Sequence record: SRR22947727_118
Strand: one strand, 5' to 3'
Length of the DNA: 44,531 nt
Every line of letters begins with the position of its first letter. The stretch's first letter is position 1. The notes beneath the pieces are model-generated. The model did no database searches, was not told the origin of the DNA, and saw only the letters and a program-made list of their open reading frames with translations. A program made the position numbers and the translations under genes. Positions 19,526-34,192 of this stretch are shown here, in pieces.

Positions 19526-19587
19526 TTTAGGTAATTTAAGTATTAAGGTGTATATAATCTTAAACTAGAAAAAAAATAGGTATTTAG

Positions 19588-20412
19588 ATGACAATGCAAG
19601 GAAAAAAAGGCCTAATAATGGGAGTAGCAAATGACAAATCAATTGCTTGGGGAATATCTAAATCATTGGCAGAAAATGGTGCTTCAATTGCGCTTACCTA
19701 TCAAGGCGAAACACTGAAGAAAAGAGTTTCTCCATTAGCTGAAACAATAAACTCTGATATTTTAATACCCTGCGACGTAACTGATTCACATAGTATGAAA
19801 AATGTTTTTGAAACATTAAAAGAAAAATGGGGTAAAATAGATTTTTTAGTACATGGTATAGGTTTCTCAAATAAAGATGAGTTAAGGGGCAAATATTACA
19901 ATACGTCTCCAGAAAATTTTAATCAAACAATGCACATTTCTTGTTATTCTTTTACTGAAGCTTGTAGATTAGCTGAACCGCTAATGAATGAAGGTGGTTC
20001 CATTCTAACTTTGACATATTATGGTGCGGAACAAGTTATGCCTCATTATAATGTTATGGGTGTTGCAAAAGCTGCTTTAGAGGCTAGCGTAAGATATTTA
20101 GCAGTTGATCTAGGTGAAAAAAATATCAGGGTAAATGCAATTAGCGCTGGACCGATTAAAACTTTAGCTGCCTCTGGCATAGGTGATTTTAGGTTTATTT
20201 TAAGGTGGAATGAATTGAATGCTCCACTTAAAAGAAATGTCAATCAAGAGGATGTGGGTAATTCTGCTCTTTATTTATTAAGTGATTTAGGGAGTGCGGT
20301 TACTGGTGAAATCCATCATGTAGATTGTGGTTATCATACGGTAGGTATGGTAGCTGTAGATGAGGCTGATAAAGTGTCTGATCTCCTAGGGGAGTTTAAT
20401 AAAAATAAATAA
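19588..20412 (+). CDS. fabI: Enoyl-ACP reductase (NADH)
   Basis: [38 protein letters not shown]. Confidence 0.98.
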   Translation: MTMQGKKGLIMGVANDKSIAWGISKSLAENGASIALTYQGETLKKRVSPLAETINSDILIPCDVTDSHSMKNVFETLKEKWGKIDFLVHGIGFSNKDELRGKYYNTSPENFNQTMHISCYSFTEACRLAEPLMNEGGSILTLTYYGAEQVMPHYNVMGVAKAALEASVRYLAVDLGEKNIRVNAISAGPIKTLAASGIGDFRFILRWNELNAPLKRNVNQEDVGNSALYLLSDLGSAVTGEIHHVDCGYHTVGMVAVDEADKVSDLLGEFNKNK

Positions 20413-21482
20413 TGTCTTCGAATTCAATTGGAAAAAATTTTACTTTTACGACATGGGGCGAGAGTCATGGCAAGGCAATAGGTTGTGTCATCGACGGTGT
20501 ACCATCAAAAATTAATCTTGAAGAAGATGATATTCAACCTTTTTTAAATAAAAGAAAACCTGGCCAATCAAAATATACAACACAAAGAAAAGAAGATGAT
20601 AAAGTTGAAATTTTGTCTGGAGTTTTTGAGGGTATGACAACTGGCCATCCAATTTCATTAATAATACATAATAGTGATCAAAGATCTAAAGATTATTCAG
20701 ATATAAAAGATAAATTTCGACCTGGTCATGCTGATTATACTTATTGGAAAAAATATGGAATAAGAGATTACAGAGGTGGTGGTAGATCAAGCGCAAGAGA
20801 AACTGCAATGCGTGTAGCTGCAGGAGCCATTGCAAGGAAAATTATTAATCATAAAGTTGGCAATAAATCTAAAATTACTGGCGCACTTGTTCAAATTGGC
20901 AACTCTAAAATAAATTATAATAATTGGAATGAGCAACACATATTAGAAAATGAATTTTTTTGTCCAGATGAAAAAATTGTTTCTGAATGGAAAAACTTAA
21001 TTGATGCTGCTCGAAAAGACGGATCTTCACTAGGTGCAATTATAGAAGTAAGGGCATCAGGAATTCCTCCTGGACTTGGCGAACCAATTTACGATAAATT
21101 AGACTCAGATATTGCAAAGGCGTTAATGACAATTAACGCTGTTAAAGGAGTTGAGATAGGTAATGGATTTAATAGTGTACAAGAAAATGGTAAAACAAAT
21201 GTAGATGAAATGATCATTAAGGATGACCAACCAATATTTTTAAGCAATAATAATGGCGGAATTCTTGGAGGGATTAGCTCTGGCCAAGAAATAATTGCTC
21301 GTTTTGTAGTTAAACCAACAAGTTCAATTATTTCTGAAAGGAGAACAATCGATATAAATCTTAAAGAAACATCAATCTCAACTAAAGGCCGTCATGATCC
21401 CTGTGTAGGTATAAGAGCTGTTCCAGTTGGAGAAGCAATGTTAGCAACCACTATTGCTGATCACTGTCTTCGTTATTTTTGA
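20412..21482 (+). CDS. aroC: Chorismate synthase
   Basis: [41 protein letters not shown]. Confidence 0.98.
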   Translation: MSSNSIGKNFTFTTWGESHGKAIGCVIDGVPSKINLEEDDIQPFLNKRKPGQSKYTTQRKEDDKVEILSGVFEGMTTGHPISLIIHNSDQRSKDYSDIKDKFRPGHADYTYWKKYGIRDYRGGGRSSARETAMRVAAGAIARKIINHKVGNKSKITGALVQIGNSKINYNNWNEQHILENEFFCPDEKIVSEWKNLIDAARKDGSSLGAIIEVRASGIPPGLGEPIYDKLDSDIAKALMTINAVKGVEIGNGFNSVQENGKTNVDEMIIKDDQPIFLSNNNGGILGGISSGQEIIARFVVKPTSSIISERRTIDINLKETSISTKGRHDPCVGIRAVPVGEAMLATTIADHCLRYF

Positions 21483-22216
21483 AATTTAACAGTAATTAAA
21501 AACTCAATATTACCCTTTGGACCCTTAATTGGACTTTCAATAGTACTTAAAACTTTACTATCGTATATAGTCTCAAACCATTCACTTATTTCACTACAAA
21601 TACGCTGATGTATTGCAATATCTTTTATAACCCCTTTCTTAGTTTCATTTTTCTTTGACTCAAATTGAGGCTTAATTAATGCAATAATAATACTATCTTT
21701 TTTCAATAAATGAATATTTGGCTCAATTACTTTTTTTAAACTTATAAAACTTACGTCACATACCATGATATCAATTAATTCTTTAAATTGATCTTTTTTA
21801 AGATATCTAGCATTAGTTTTTTCTAAACTTATAATTTTGTTATTTTTTTTAAGTTTTTCGTGAAGTTGATTTGTACCAACATCAACTGCGTATACTTTGT
21901 CTGCGCCACTTTGAATCAAAACATCTGTAAATCCACCAGTTGATGAACCTAAATCAATACAAATTTTATTTTTTACGACAATTTTATTTTTTTCAAGTGC
22001 AGTTATAAGCTTAATTGCACCTCTTGAAACCCATTTAGGCCCAAGATTTTTTATTTCTATAGTAGCGTTATGATTAATATTAAATCCACTTTTACTAATA
22101 GGTTTTCCCTCTACAAAAACTTGACCAGCCATTATCATGGCTTGTGCTTTGGTTTTAGATTCTGCTAAATTTCTATTAAATAGAACTTGATCAAGTCGTT
22201 GTTTCTTAGCAATCAA
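21473..22216 (-). CDS. tlyA: TlyA family rRNA 2'-O-methyltransferase
   Basis: S4 domain RLD...[46 protein letters not shown] start. Confidence 0.96.
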   Translation of the reverse strand: MIAKKQRLDQVLFNRNLAESKTKAQAMIMAGQVFVEGKPISKSGFNINHNATIEIKNLGPKWVSRGAIKLITALEKNKIVVKNKICIDLGSSTGGFTDVLIQSGADKVYAVDVGTNQLHEKLKKNNKIISLEKTNARYLKKDQFKELIDIMVCDVSFISLKKVIEPNIHLLKKDSIIIALIKPQFESKKNETKKGVIKDIAIHQRICSEISEWFETIYDSKVLSTIESPIKGPKGNIEFLITVKFQK

Positions 22217-24135
22217 TTTTTTATATTTTTATTATAAGTTTCAAAATCAATTATATTATCTTGATAAAATTTTGTAATTTTATTAGCAATGGAGTCGGCA
22301 TCCATACCTATTTCTTTATATTGATCTTCTGGTGATTGATGGTCGATAAATTTATCAGGAAAATAAATATTATTAACTTTTGTTAATGTAGATTTTCTTC
22401 TCTCATTATGAATGTAATTCAAAACACTAGAGCCAAATCCCCCGCTTGATCCTTCCTCAATTGTAATAAGATATTTATGATGATCGAGTAAGTTATCTAT
22501 TAAATTTTTATCTATTGGCTTTGCAAACCTAGCATCGGCTAAGGTAGGATAAATATTATGAGCATTTAATAATTGTATTGCCTCTTCACAACTTTGCATT
22601 CTAGTACCTAAATTTAATATTGCTACATCATTACCTTCTTTAATGATTATGCCTTTACCAATTTCTAAAGAATCATAATTGAGGTTAGTATTGTCTATTT
22701 CACCTGCTCCTCTTGGATACCTAAAAGCAGATGGTCTATCATCAATTAAAAGTGAAGTATTGATCATTCTTATTAGTTCATTTTGGTTACTTGGCGCCAT
22801 AATAATAAAGTTAGGCAGTGCGGATAAATAAGTAATATCAAAAGATCCCGCATGGGTAGGTCCATCAGATCCAACTAGCCCAGCACGATCAATTGCAAAT
22901 CTCACTGGAAGTTTTTGTAAAGCTACATCATGAACTACTTGATCATAAGCTCGTTGCAGGAAAGTTGAATAAATAGCAACAAAAGGCTTAAATCCTTCCG
23001 TTGCTAGGCCAGCAGCCATAGTAACTGCGTGTTGCTCTGCTATACCTACATCGAAAAATTTAGTTGGATGCTGCAGGCTAAATATATCTAATCCCGTTCC
23101 ACTCATCATCGCTGCAGTAACAGCAATAATTTTTTCATCAGTTTCAGCTGCCTTTGTTAGAGTCTCACCAAATACTTTAGAATAAGATTTTTTATTTGAT
23201 TGATTAATAGACTGGCCAGTTTCTATATTGAATTTGTTAACACCATGAAATTTATCATCAGATTTTTCAGCAGGCTCATAACCTTTGCCTTTTTTAGTTA
23301 TGCAATGAAGAAAAATTGGCTTGCCTACATCTGTTTTTTTTATATTCTCTAAAACAGGAACTAATGTTTTCATATCATGTCCATCTATTGGGCCAAGATA
23401 ATAAAACCCTAATTCCTCAAACAATGTGCCTCCACTTACTAGGCCCTTAGAATATTCTTCAGCTTTATATAATGTTTTAGATATTGAAGTAGGAAATTTA
23501 GAAGATATTTTTTTTAAAAGACTTCTAACATTTGTATATTGTTTAGAAGAAAGCAGTCTTGTTAGATAACTACTCATAGCACCAACTGGGCGATCAATTG
23601 ACATTTCATTATCATTTAAAATTACAATCATTTGCTTGTTTGTGGCACCAACATTATTCAATGCCTCATAAGCCATTCCAGCACTTAAGGCTCCGTCACC
23701 TATCACACATATTATGTTTGCATCATCTTTGTTTAAATCCTTTGCAATTTTCATTCCCATACCAGCGGAAATGGAAGTAGAGCTATGGGCTGTGCCAAAA
23801 GGATCATATTCACTTTCACTTCTTTTTACAAAACCATAAAGACCATTTTTTTGTCTCAAGGTTTCAATTTTAATTTTTCTACCTGTTAAAATTTTGTGAG
23901 GATATGATTGATGACCAACATCCCAAATTAATCTATCTCGTGGGGTATTAAAAACGTAATGCAAGGCGATAGTTAATTCCACCACACCCAGACCTGCCCC
24001 TAAATGACCGCCTGTTTTTGATACCGTATCTATTGTTTTATTTCTGAGTTCTACAGCTAAATCTTCAAGATTACCTAAAGATAGTTCTTTTAAATCTGAA
24101 GGGAAATTTATTTTATCTAAAAATTTATTAGACAT
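22213..24135 (-). CDS. dxs: 1-deoxy-D-xylulose-5-phosphate synthase
   Basis: GGHLG..LGVVELT, WDVGHQ.Y.HK, IGDGA...GMAYEALN, DVGIAEQHAV, DRAGLVG.DGPTH. Confidence 0.99.
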   Translation of the reverse strand: MSNKFLDKINFPSDLKELSLGNLEDLAVELRNKTIDTVSKTGGHLGAGLGVVELTIALHYVFNTPRDRLIWDVGHQSYPHKILTGRKIKIETLRQKNGLYGFVKRSESEYDPFGTAHSSTSISAGMGMKIAKDLNKDDANIICVIGDGALSAGMAYEALNNVGATNKQMIVILNDNEMSIDRPVGAMSSYLTRLLSSKQYTNVRSLLKKISSKFPTSISKTLYKAEEYSKGLVSGGTLFEELGFYYLGPIDGHDMKTLVPVLENIKKTDVGKPIFLHCITKKGKGYEPAEKSDDKFHGVNKFNIETGQSINQSNKKSYSKVFGETLTKAAETDEKIIAVTAAMMSGTGLDIFSLQHPTKFFDVGIAEQHAVTMAAGLATEGFKPFVAIYSTFLQRAYDQVVHDVALQKLPVRFAIDRAGLVGSDGPTHAGSFDITYLSALPNFIIMAPSNQNELIRMINTSLLIDDRPSAFRYPRGAGEIDNTNLNYDSLEIGKGIIIKEGNDVAILNLGTRMQSCEEAIQLLNAHNIYPTLADARFAKPIDKNLIDNLLDHHKYLITIEEGSSGGFGSSVLNYIHNERRKSTLTKVNNIYFPDKFIDHQSPEDQYKEIGMDADSIANKITKFYQDNIIDFETYNKNIKN

Positions 24136-24139
24136 AAAA

Positions 24140-24361
24140 TTACAAGTCTTCTTTTACAACTTGATTATCTTCAATCTTAATTTTTTTAATTTGCATTTCA
24201 ATATCTTTAAGTTTTTTGTCACATATTTTTTTTATTTTCATGCCTTCTTCATACAACTTAACAGATTCTTCTAAACCTATATCTCCTGATTCAAGCTTAT
24301 CAACAATCATTTCAAGTTTTTTTAAATTAGTTTCAAAATTATTATCTTTTTCCTTACTCAT
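24140..24361 (-). CDS. xseB: Exodeoxyribonuclease VII small subunit
   Basis: FE..L..LE.IV..LESG...LEES..LYE.G......C...L. Confidence 0.95.
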   Translation of the reverse strand: MSKEKDNNFETNLKKLEMIVDKLESGDIGLEESVKLYEEGMKIKKICDKKLKDIEMQIKKIKIEDNQVVKEDL

Positions 24362-24362
24362 G

Positions 24363-24650
24363 CTATTTACCTATTTTCGATATGACCTGTTTTTTATCTA
24401 AATTATATATAATTAAATATATTTGATCATTATCAGATATAACAAATAATAAATTATTTTCATTTATAATTTTTATATCTTTAATGCTCTCTGTATTACT
24501 CAAATTTAAGGAATAACTTGTTATTTCTTCACTCGTTAATCTTTCTGTGTTTGAAATTTTTGAATACAGACCATATAAGAGAAATGCAAAACAAATAAAA
24601 ATCAACATTGCTAAAAAAATTACTGTAAACTTTAAAAAATTACTAGTCAT
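24363..24650 (-). CDS. Hypothetical single-pass membrane protein
   Basis: 95-aa ORF with an N-terminal TM helix, stop 1 nt before the xseB start; similar in architecture to small proteins divergent from rluD in alphaproteobacteria. Confidence 0.7.
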   Translation of the reverse strand: MTSNFLKFTVIFLAMLIFICFAFLLYGLYSKISNTERLTSEEITSYSLNLSNTESIKDIKIINENNLLFVISDNDQIYLIIYNLDKKQVISKIGK

Positions 24651-25620
24651 GATTCAAACCTATACTCACAAACTAAATATAAATAAAGAACTAAGTTCTG
24701 TTAGATTAGACAAGGTTTTAACAAAAAAACTAGAAAAATATTCACGAATGCAAATTAAAATGCTTATTAAAAATGGAAATGTAAAGCTAAATAATGATTT
24801 AATTCTTGACCCATCATATTTAGTCAGAGAAAATGATAAGTTCGAAGTATCAATCATTCAAGCAAATGAAATTAAATATAAAGGTGAGGATATTGCATTA
24901 CAAATAATTTATGAAGATAAAGATTTATTAGTTATCAATAAACAAGCAGGTATTGTAACTCATCCTGCTCCTGGAAATGAAACAGGCACATTAGTTCAAG
25001 CCTTACTTCATCACGCAAAGAATGATTTAAGTGATATTAATGGTAACAATAGACCAGGAATAGTGCATCGATTAGATAAAAATACAAGCGGCGTAATGGT
25101 TATTGCTAAAAATAATCTTACTCATATAAATTTAGCTGATCAATTTAAACTTCATACAATTACAAGAAAATATCAAGCAATAACATGGGGAGTCCCCATC
25201 AATCAAATTATAGAAGGATATATAGAAAGACATAAAATTAATAGGAAAAAAATGAGTTTTAATAAAGAAGAAAAAGGTAAATTTTCAAAAACTACTATTA
25301 AATTAATTAAATCTTTTCAAAATGCTTCATTAGTTGAATGCACACTAGATACTGGAAGAACACATCAGATAAGACTGCATTTAACATCAGTTGACGCTCC
25401 TATTGTTGGTGATGGAGTTTATGGTAAAAATAGAGTAAGTAAATATGGTTTAGATAAAAAAAATTTTAATAAATTTTTAATTTTAAAAAACTTTCAAAGA
25501 CAAGCTCTGCATGCAACACATTTAGGTTTCTTTCATCCAATATTAAAAAAAAATATAGAATTTAATGTAAAATTGCCTGATGATATGGCTAATTTATTAG
25601 ATTTATTATTAAAACATTAA
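24649..25620 (+). CDS. rluD: RluA/RluD family 23S rRNA pseudouridine synthase
   Basis: S4 domain (RLDK.L...YSR), NK.AG...HP.PG, GIVHRLDK.TSG, TGRTHQIR.H, RQALHA. Likely start is ATG 24649; the track's upstream extension is antisense to the neighbouring gene. Confidence 0.93.
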   Translation: MIQTYTHKLNINKELSSVRLDKVLTKKLEKYSRMQIKMLIKNGNVKLNNDLILDPSYLVRENDKFEVSIIQANEIKYKGEDIALQIIYEDKDLLVINKQAGIVTHPAPGNETGTLVQALLHHAKNDLSDINGNNRPGIVHRLDKNTSGVMVIAKNNLTHINLADQFKLHTITRKYQAITWGVPINQIIEGYIERHKINRKKMSFNKEEKGKFSKTTIKLIKSFQNASLVECTLDTGRTHQIRLHLTSVDAPIVGDGVYGKNRVSKYGLDKKNFNKFLILKNFQRQALHATHLGFFHPILKKNIEFNVKLPDDMANLLDLLLKH

Positions 25621-25652
25621 TTTAGATTTAGAAATGTGATATAAGACCTGTC

Positions 25653-28877
<3,225 letters not shown>

Positions 28878-28888
<11 letters not shown>

Positions 28889-30233
28889 TTATATTCCTTA
28901 TTTCTAACTCTAAATTTTTTGCTTGTTGTTGTACAATCTTTAAATCCTGACCTTCTACTAACAATCTTATCAAAGGCTCAGTGCCTGAAAACCTTATGAG
29001 GACTCTAATTTTTTTATCTCTACTGTTTTTCTTATTTAAATCTTTTATATTTTTTTTAGTTTTTTCAGATATCTTCTTATAAGATATATTAACTTTTATT
29101 TGTGGAAGATTATCGTATAAATCAAAAATTGAACTAGAAGATTTTTTAATGATTGACATAATTTCAGTTATTTTTAATGCTGCTAAAATTCCGTCTCCAG
29201 TTTTTGAAAAATCAGATAAAATTATATGACCAGATTGCTCACCACCAAGAAAAGATTTATTTTTTTTCATTTCTTCAATCACGTTGATATCGCCTACTGA
29301 AGATCTTTTTAATTTAATGCCTAAGTCCTTTAATAGAAAATTTTCTAATCCTAAATTTGACATTACGGTAGTTACAACAGGGAACTTTGAAGCAGTTTTT
29401 TTTTCAATAATTAAATATTTTGCAAATAGGGCAATGATTTTATCTCCATCAATTTCATTTCCTTTATCATCTACTACTATTAATCTATCTCCATCACCAT
29501 CAAAAGCAAAACCAATATTAGCTTTTTCTTCAACTACTTTTTTACACAAGCTATCTACATTAACAGCACCACATTTATAATTAATATTTTTTCCATTTGG
29601 TTTATCATTTATTGATACAACCTGATGTCCTAGTTCCCAAAAAATACTAGGTGCTATATCGTAAGTTGCTCCATTTCCACAATCCAAAACTATTTTTAAT
29701 TTTTTAATTTTTATATTCTTATTTAAAGTACTTTTTAGGAACTCAGAATATCTACCTGATGCATCTTCAAGTCTTATAGCTTTTCCTGTTTTATTATTAC
29801 TATTAAGAATTTTAGAATATTTTTTATTATTTAAAACAATATTTTCAATTTCTTTTTCTAACTTTGAGCTAATTTTAAAACCATCTAGATTAAAAAATTT
29901 TATACCATTGTATTCGTAGGTGTTATGAGAAGCAGTTATCATTACACCAATATCTGCTCTTAAAGTTCGCATTAGATGTGGCACTGCTGGTGTTGGCAAG
30001 GGCCCTACTAATATTACTTCCATTCCCATAGAAATAAAGCCAGCAGTTATTAGAGGTTCGTACAAATACCCCGATAATCTTGTATCTTTGCAAATTATTA
30101 CCCTAGAATTATTACTTTTCTTTGACTTTAAAAGATAACCAACAGTTTTTGATATTTTAAGAGTTGTTTCAGCAGTAAGGGGCTCAGTGTTTACGATACA
30201 TCTTATACCATCAGTGCCAAAAATTTTACCCAT
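28878..30233 (-). CDS. glmM: Phosphoglucosamine mutase
   Basis: FGTDGIR, KDTRLSGY, ITASHN, FDGDGDR, GGEQSGH, R.SGTEPLIR. Confidence 0.96.
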
Positions 30234-30281
30234 ACCTTCTTTTATTGAAAATATTGGTTAAAATAAAGAGGTATGATTTAT

Positions 30282-32186
30282 TTAATTAGGTTGAGGAGCA
30301 GTTGTACTGCCTGTTTTTGGAACACTTGGTTTTGGTGGATTAGGTTTTGAGGAGTTACTGTCATCGAACTCATCTCTTGAGGGCTTGATGCCCTTAATTA
30401 AATCGTTAATTTCGTCACCAGATAATGTTTCATAATCTAAAAGACCTTGTGCTATGATATGAAGTTCATCAATGTGATCTTTTAATATTTTAGTAGCTTT
30501 CATTTTTGCATCATCTATTAATTTTTTAACTTCTTCATCAATTAATTTAGCTGTTTCTTCAGACATATTTTTTGATTGGGTTACTGAATGTCCTAAAAAA
30601 ACCTCTTCTTGGTTATTAGAATAACGAATAAAGCCTATTTTTTCACTAAACCCAAATTCTGTTACCATTTGTCTAGCTTTTGCTGTTGCTTGCTGAATAT
30701 CACTAACGGCTCCTGAAGCCACATTTTCGGCACCAAAAACAATTTCTTCAGATATTCTTGCCGCTACAGCAACTACAAGCTCGTCCTCAAATTGATTTTT
30801 TCTTTTAATTATACGATCTTTTACAGGCAAAGGCATTACATATCCTAGAGCTCTACCTGTTGGTATTATCGAACTTTTGTAAATTGGATCAACATTTTCA
30901 GAATATATGTTCGCTAGAGCGTGACCCGCTTCGTGATAAGCAATTACTTCTTTATCTTTTTGTATGATTACCATGGAACGTCTTTCAGATCCCAACATGA
31001 CTTTGTCTTTAGCATACTCAAAATCTTCTAATGTCACCATTCTTTTATTTTTTCTAGAAGCAATTAAAGCTGCTTCATTTACTAAATTTGCTAAATCCGC
31101 TCCAGACATACCAGGGGTGCCTCTTGCAATAATTTTTGAGTCAAATTTTGGTGAAACTTTAATTTTTTTGATATGAACTTTTAAAATTTTATCTCTTCCA
31201 ATAATGTCAGGATGCGAAACAGTTATTTGTCTATCAAAACGACCGGGCCTTAATAAAGCGGGATCAAGAACGTCTGGTCTATTTGTTGCTGCAACAATTA
31301 TAACACCTGCATTAGCCTCAAAGCCATCCATTTCAACAAGTAACTGATTGAGAGTCTGCTCTCTCTCATCATTACCACCACCTAAACCAGCACCTCTGTG
31401 TCTTCCAACCGCATCAATCTCGTCAATAAAAATAATACATGGGGAGTTTTTTTTCCCTTGCTCAAACATATCCCTAACTCTACTTGCTCCAACACCAACA
31501 AACATTTCTACAAAATCAGAACCTGAAATTGAGAAAAAAGGAACATTTGCTTCTCCGGCAATTGCTCTTGCCAAGAGAGTTTTACCTGTTCCAGGGGGAC
31601 CAACTAGCAGTGCTCCTGTAGGAATTTTACCACCAAGTCTAGAAAATTTCTTTGGATCTTTTAAGAACTCGACTACCTCTTCCAATTCTTGTTTGGCCTC
31701 ATCAATTCCTGCAACATCATCAAAAGTAACTTTACCAACAGCTTCGTTTAGTAATTTTGCTTTAGATTTGCCGAAACCCATTGCTTTACCACCGCCACCT
31801 TGCATTTGCCTCATGAAGAAAATCCACACTCCAATTAATAAAAGCATTGGGAACCAAGAGAGAAGTATACTTAATATTGGATGCATGGATCTGTCTGAAG
31901 GTTCAGCCACTATCTTGACTCCAGATTCACTAAGTTTGCCAATTAATTCTGGGTAATTAGGAGAGTAAGTGGAAAAAGATCTTCCATCATCAAAAAAGCC
32001 AGTTACATTATTTCCAACTATTTTAACTTCAGAAATATTACCATTGTCTGCTGCAATTAAAAAATCAGAAAAAGAAATTTCTGAATTACTATTAGTAGAT
32101 GAGCTGTTTTGAAATAAATTAAATAGAGCAATAAGTAACAAACCTATTACAATCCATAAAATGATATTTTTACTAAAGTTTTTCAT
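30282..32186 (-). CDS. ftsH: ATP-dependent zinc metalloprotease FtsH
   Basis: Two TM helices, Walker A GPPGTGKT, Walker [37 protein letters not shown]. Confidence 0.99.
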   Translation of the reverse strand: MKNFSKNIILWIVIGLLLIALFNLFQNSSSTNSNSEISFSDFLIAADNGNISEVKIVGNNVTGFFDDGRSFSTYSPNYPELIGKLSESGVKIVAEPSDRSMHPILSILLSWFPMLLLIGVWIFFMRQMQGGGGKAMGFGKSKAKLLNEAVGKVTFDDVAGIDEAKQELEEVVEFLKDPKKFSRLGGKIPTGALLVGPPGTGKTLLARAIAGEANVPFFSISGSDFVEMFVGVGASRVRDMFEQGKKNSPCIIFIDEIDAVGRHRGAGLGGGNDEREQTLNQLLVEMDGFEANAGVIIVAATNRPDVLDPALLRPGRFDRQITVSHPDIIGRDKILKVHIKKIKVSPKFDSKIIARGTPGMSGADLANLVNEAALIASRKNKRMVTLEDFEYAKDKVMLGSERRSMVIIQKDKEVIAYHEAGHALANIYSENVDPIYKSSIIPTGRALGYVMPLPVKDRIIKRKNQFEDELVVAVAARISEEIVFGAENVASGAVSDIQQATAKARQMVTEFGFSEKIGFIRYSNNQEEVFLGHSVTQSKNMSEETAKLIDEEVKKLIDDAKMKATKILKDHIDELHIIAQGLLDYETLSGDEINDLIKGIKPSRDEFDDSNSSKPNPPKPSVPKTGSTTAPQPN

Positions 32187-32236
32187 TAAGTTATTAATAC
32201 ATAGGAATTAAAAATAAAAACACAATACTTTTCGAA

Positions 32237-33196
32237 CTAATTTTTTGAAAATGTAAGAAAATCTGAGTTTTTTTTGATAATTATACCACCCAGATTAAAA
32301 GTCTTAAAACTGGGCTTTCTTAAAGTATCCATTAATATTATTATTTTTGAACTTTTTGTTTGAGCTTTATTTTTGTTAAAAAATTTTAAGAGGCATAATA
32401 TGTGTTTTTCAATTATCAAATCATCGAGTTTCATTAAATTATTAAAGCTTATTTTTATTTTAGTAGCACTCACATAAATTAAATTATCAATTAATGTTTC
32501 CCAAATCATTTTTTTATAATTAGGAATTTGTTTTTTTATATTTAAAAAATCTCTCTCAATTTCTCTTTTATATTTATTGATTTGTAAAAAATTTCTTAAC
32601 TTTATTCTTGTATAATTTAGATCTTTATTTGATGGATCACTAATAAAGTTCAATTTATTTTTTTTATTAAAATTTAGAATAGATTTTTTATTGATTTTAA
32701 TAAGGGGTCGTAGAATTTGAATATTTTTGAAATATGAAGTTTTGTTAATTGACTCTAAACCATCTAAATTACTTCCATTTATTTTTCTCATTAAATAAGT
32801 TTCTAAATTATCATCAAAGTGATGACCTAAAAATAAATGAAGTATATTATTTTTTTTACATATTTTTATAAGACCTTCAAACCTGTTATCTCTTGCATTA
32901 TTCATGTTTTTTTTTATTGGTTTATTTTTACTTGGTCTAATGACTAGAGAGTAAATATCTAAGTCGGTAAGCATTTTTTTAACCTGAAGTGACTCAATTT
33001 TAGAATTATTTCTAATCCCATGATCAAAAACTATAGCTGTTAACTTACCTTTTTTGTATTTTATCCATTGATTAAGAAGAAAAGCAAGAGCCATACTGTC
33101 TGGACCGCCTGATACACCAACTCCAATATGAGGTTTATTTTCAAAATATTTAGAATTCTCTAAAAGAGATTTAAAAATCCTATAATTTAGAGACAT
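32237..33196 (-). CDS. tilS: tRNA(Ile)-lysidine synthetase (short form)
   Basis: PP-loop VSGGPDSMAL, DHGIR, GHH.DD..ET, RPL, DPSN....Y.R; between cpoB and ftsH. Confidence 0.95.
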   Translation of the reverse strand: MSLNYRIFKSLLENSKYFENKPHIGVGVSGGPDSMALAFLLNQWIKYKKGKLTAIVFDHGIRNNSKIESLQVKKMLTDLDIYSLVIRPSKNKPIKKNMNNARDNRFEGLIKICKKNNILHLFLGHHFDDNLETYLMRKINGSNLDGLESINKTSYFKNIQILRPLIKINKKSILNFNKKNKLNFISDPSNKDLNYTRIKLRNFLQINKYKREIERDFLNIKKQIPNYKKMIWETLIDNLIYVSATKIKISFNNLMKLDDLIIEKHILCLLKFFNKNKAQTKSSKIIILMDTLRKPSFKTFNLGGIIIKKNSDFLTFSKN

Positions 33197-33203
33197 CAAT
33201 TAT

Positions 33204-34121
33204 TTAATTACAATTTAGATTATCTTTTATTTTTTCAGGATCTTTTGTAAATTTGTTGCCTTCATAATTCTGTTCTAATAAATTTAAAGTTTTACAAGAC
33301 TCAGGAATTTTATCCATTTCTTTGAGTGATTTTGCTAATTCGTAATACATCTCCGGGGCCTTGATACTATTTGGAAATTTTTGAATACCTTCTCCAAATA
33401 CTATGGCCGCCTTTCTATAATTTGTCTCAAATAAGTAGATTTTTCCTAACCAAAAATGAGCAGACCCTGATAGCTGATTTTCAGGAAAATTTTCTATGAA
33501 ATTATCAAGAATATTCTTAGAATCATTATAATTTTTTTTCATCATTTGATCTAATGCATATTGCATTTGCTCCTCAGGTTTCAAGTTACTTACCTCTTGC
33601 AATAATGAATTTTTTTCCTTCTCAGTATTTAAGTCAGATGGCTCTTTAACATTTTTTGTATTATCATCAGATATTACTATTTTACCTAAGGTATTTTTTT
33701 CCTTAATTTCTAAATCCTCTTCAGTCGTAACTTTATTATTATCAATATTTTCTTTTCTTGGTTCAATATTATTTTTTTCAAATTTAGAAATTAATTTATT
33801 TTCTAAATCAACCATATCATTTGAAATATCATCTAATTTAAATAAAATTTCTTCAAATTGTAATGTTAAATTTTTTATATCTTTTTCTAAATCATAAATT
33901 CTAATATCAATTGAAGTGAATCTTTCGGCATCAATGCTTTCATGTAAAGAATTAAGTTTTTCGTTATCAAATGTTTTATTGAATACTGCTTTATTCAAAT
34001 CTTTAACCTCTTCCATAATGCGATCAAGTTGTTGCTTAATAGTTAAGGCGTCTTCTGCAAATGATTTATTTAAATTTATTGTGAGAATAAATAATAACAA
34101 AATCAATGAAATGTATTTCAT
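33204..34121 (-). CDS. cpoB: Cell division coordinator CpoB (YbgF), coiled coil plus TPR
   Basis: Signal peptide, coiled coil, TPR F...FP...L...A.FWLG...A...F...FP.S.KAP; directly downstream of pal. Confidence 0.88.
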   Translation of the reverse strand: MKYISLILLLFILTINLNKSFAEDALTIKQQLDRIMEEVKDLNKAVFNKTFDNEKLNSLHESIDAERFTSIDIRIYDLEKDIKNLTLQFEEILFKLDDISNDMVDLENKLISKFEKNNIEPRKENIDNNKVTTEEDLEIKEKNTLGKIVISDDNTKNVKEPSDLNTEKEKNSLLQEVSNLKPEEQMQYALDQMMKKNYNDSKNILDNFIENFPENQLSGSAHFWLGKIYLFETNYRKAAIVFGEGIQKFPNSIKAPEMYYELAKSLKEMDKIPESCKTLNLLEQNYEGNKFTKDPEKIKDNLNCN

Positions 34122-34148
34122 TTTAATAAGGATAGTTTTTTTTAAGAC

Positions 34149-34180
34149 AAAAATAAGGCGCTATGTAATCATAGCGCCAA
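34149..34180 (-). terminator. Rho-independent terminator after pal
   Basis: 9-bp stem GGCGCTATG/CATAGCGCC (34157-34178) with a 4-nt loop, followed by TTATTTTT on the minus strand, about 14 nt after the pal stop. Confidence 0.85.
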
Positions 34181-34192
34181 AATAATATTTAA

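Noticed and set aside
31348-31956. 202-aa plus-strand ORF, and similar short track ORFs such as 694-879, 2649-2993, 14785-15135, 29284-29580, 36316-36618, 44132-44338
   Set aside because: They lie antisense to, or out of frame within, well-conserved genes (ftsH, tuf, fdhF, soeAB, glmM, tolA, gap) and have no recognisable motifs; they are shadow ORFs.
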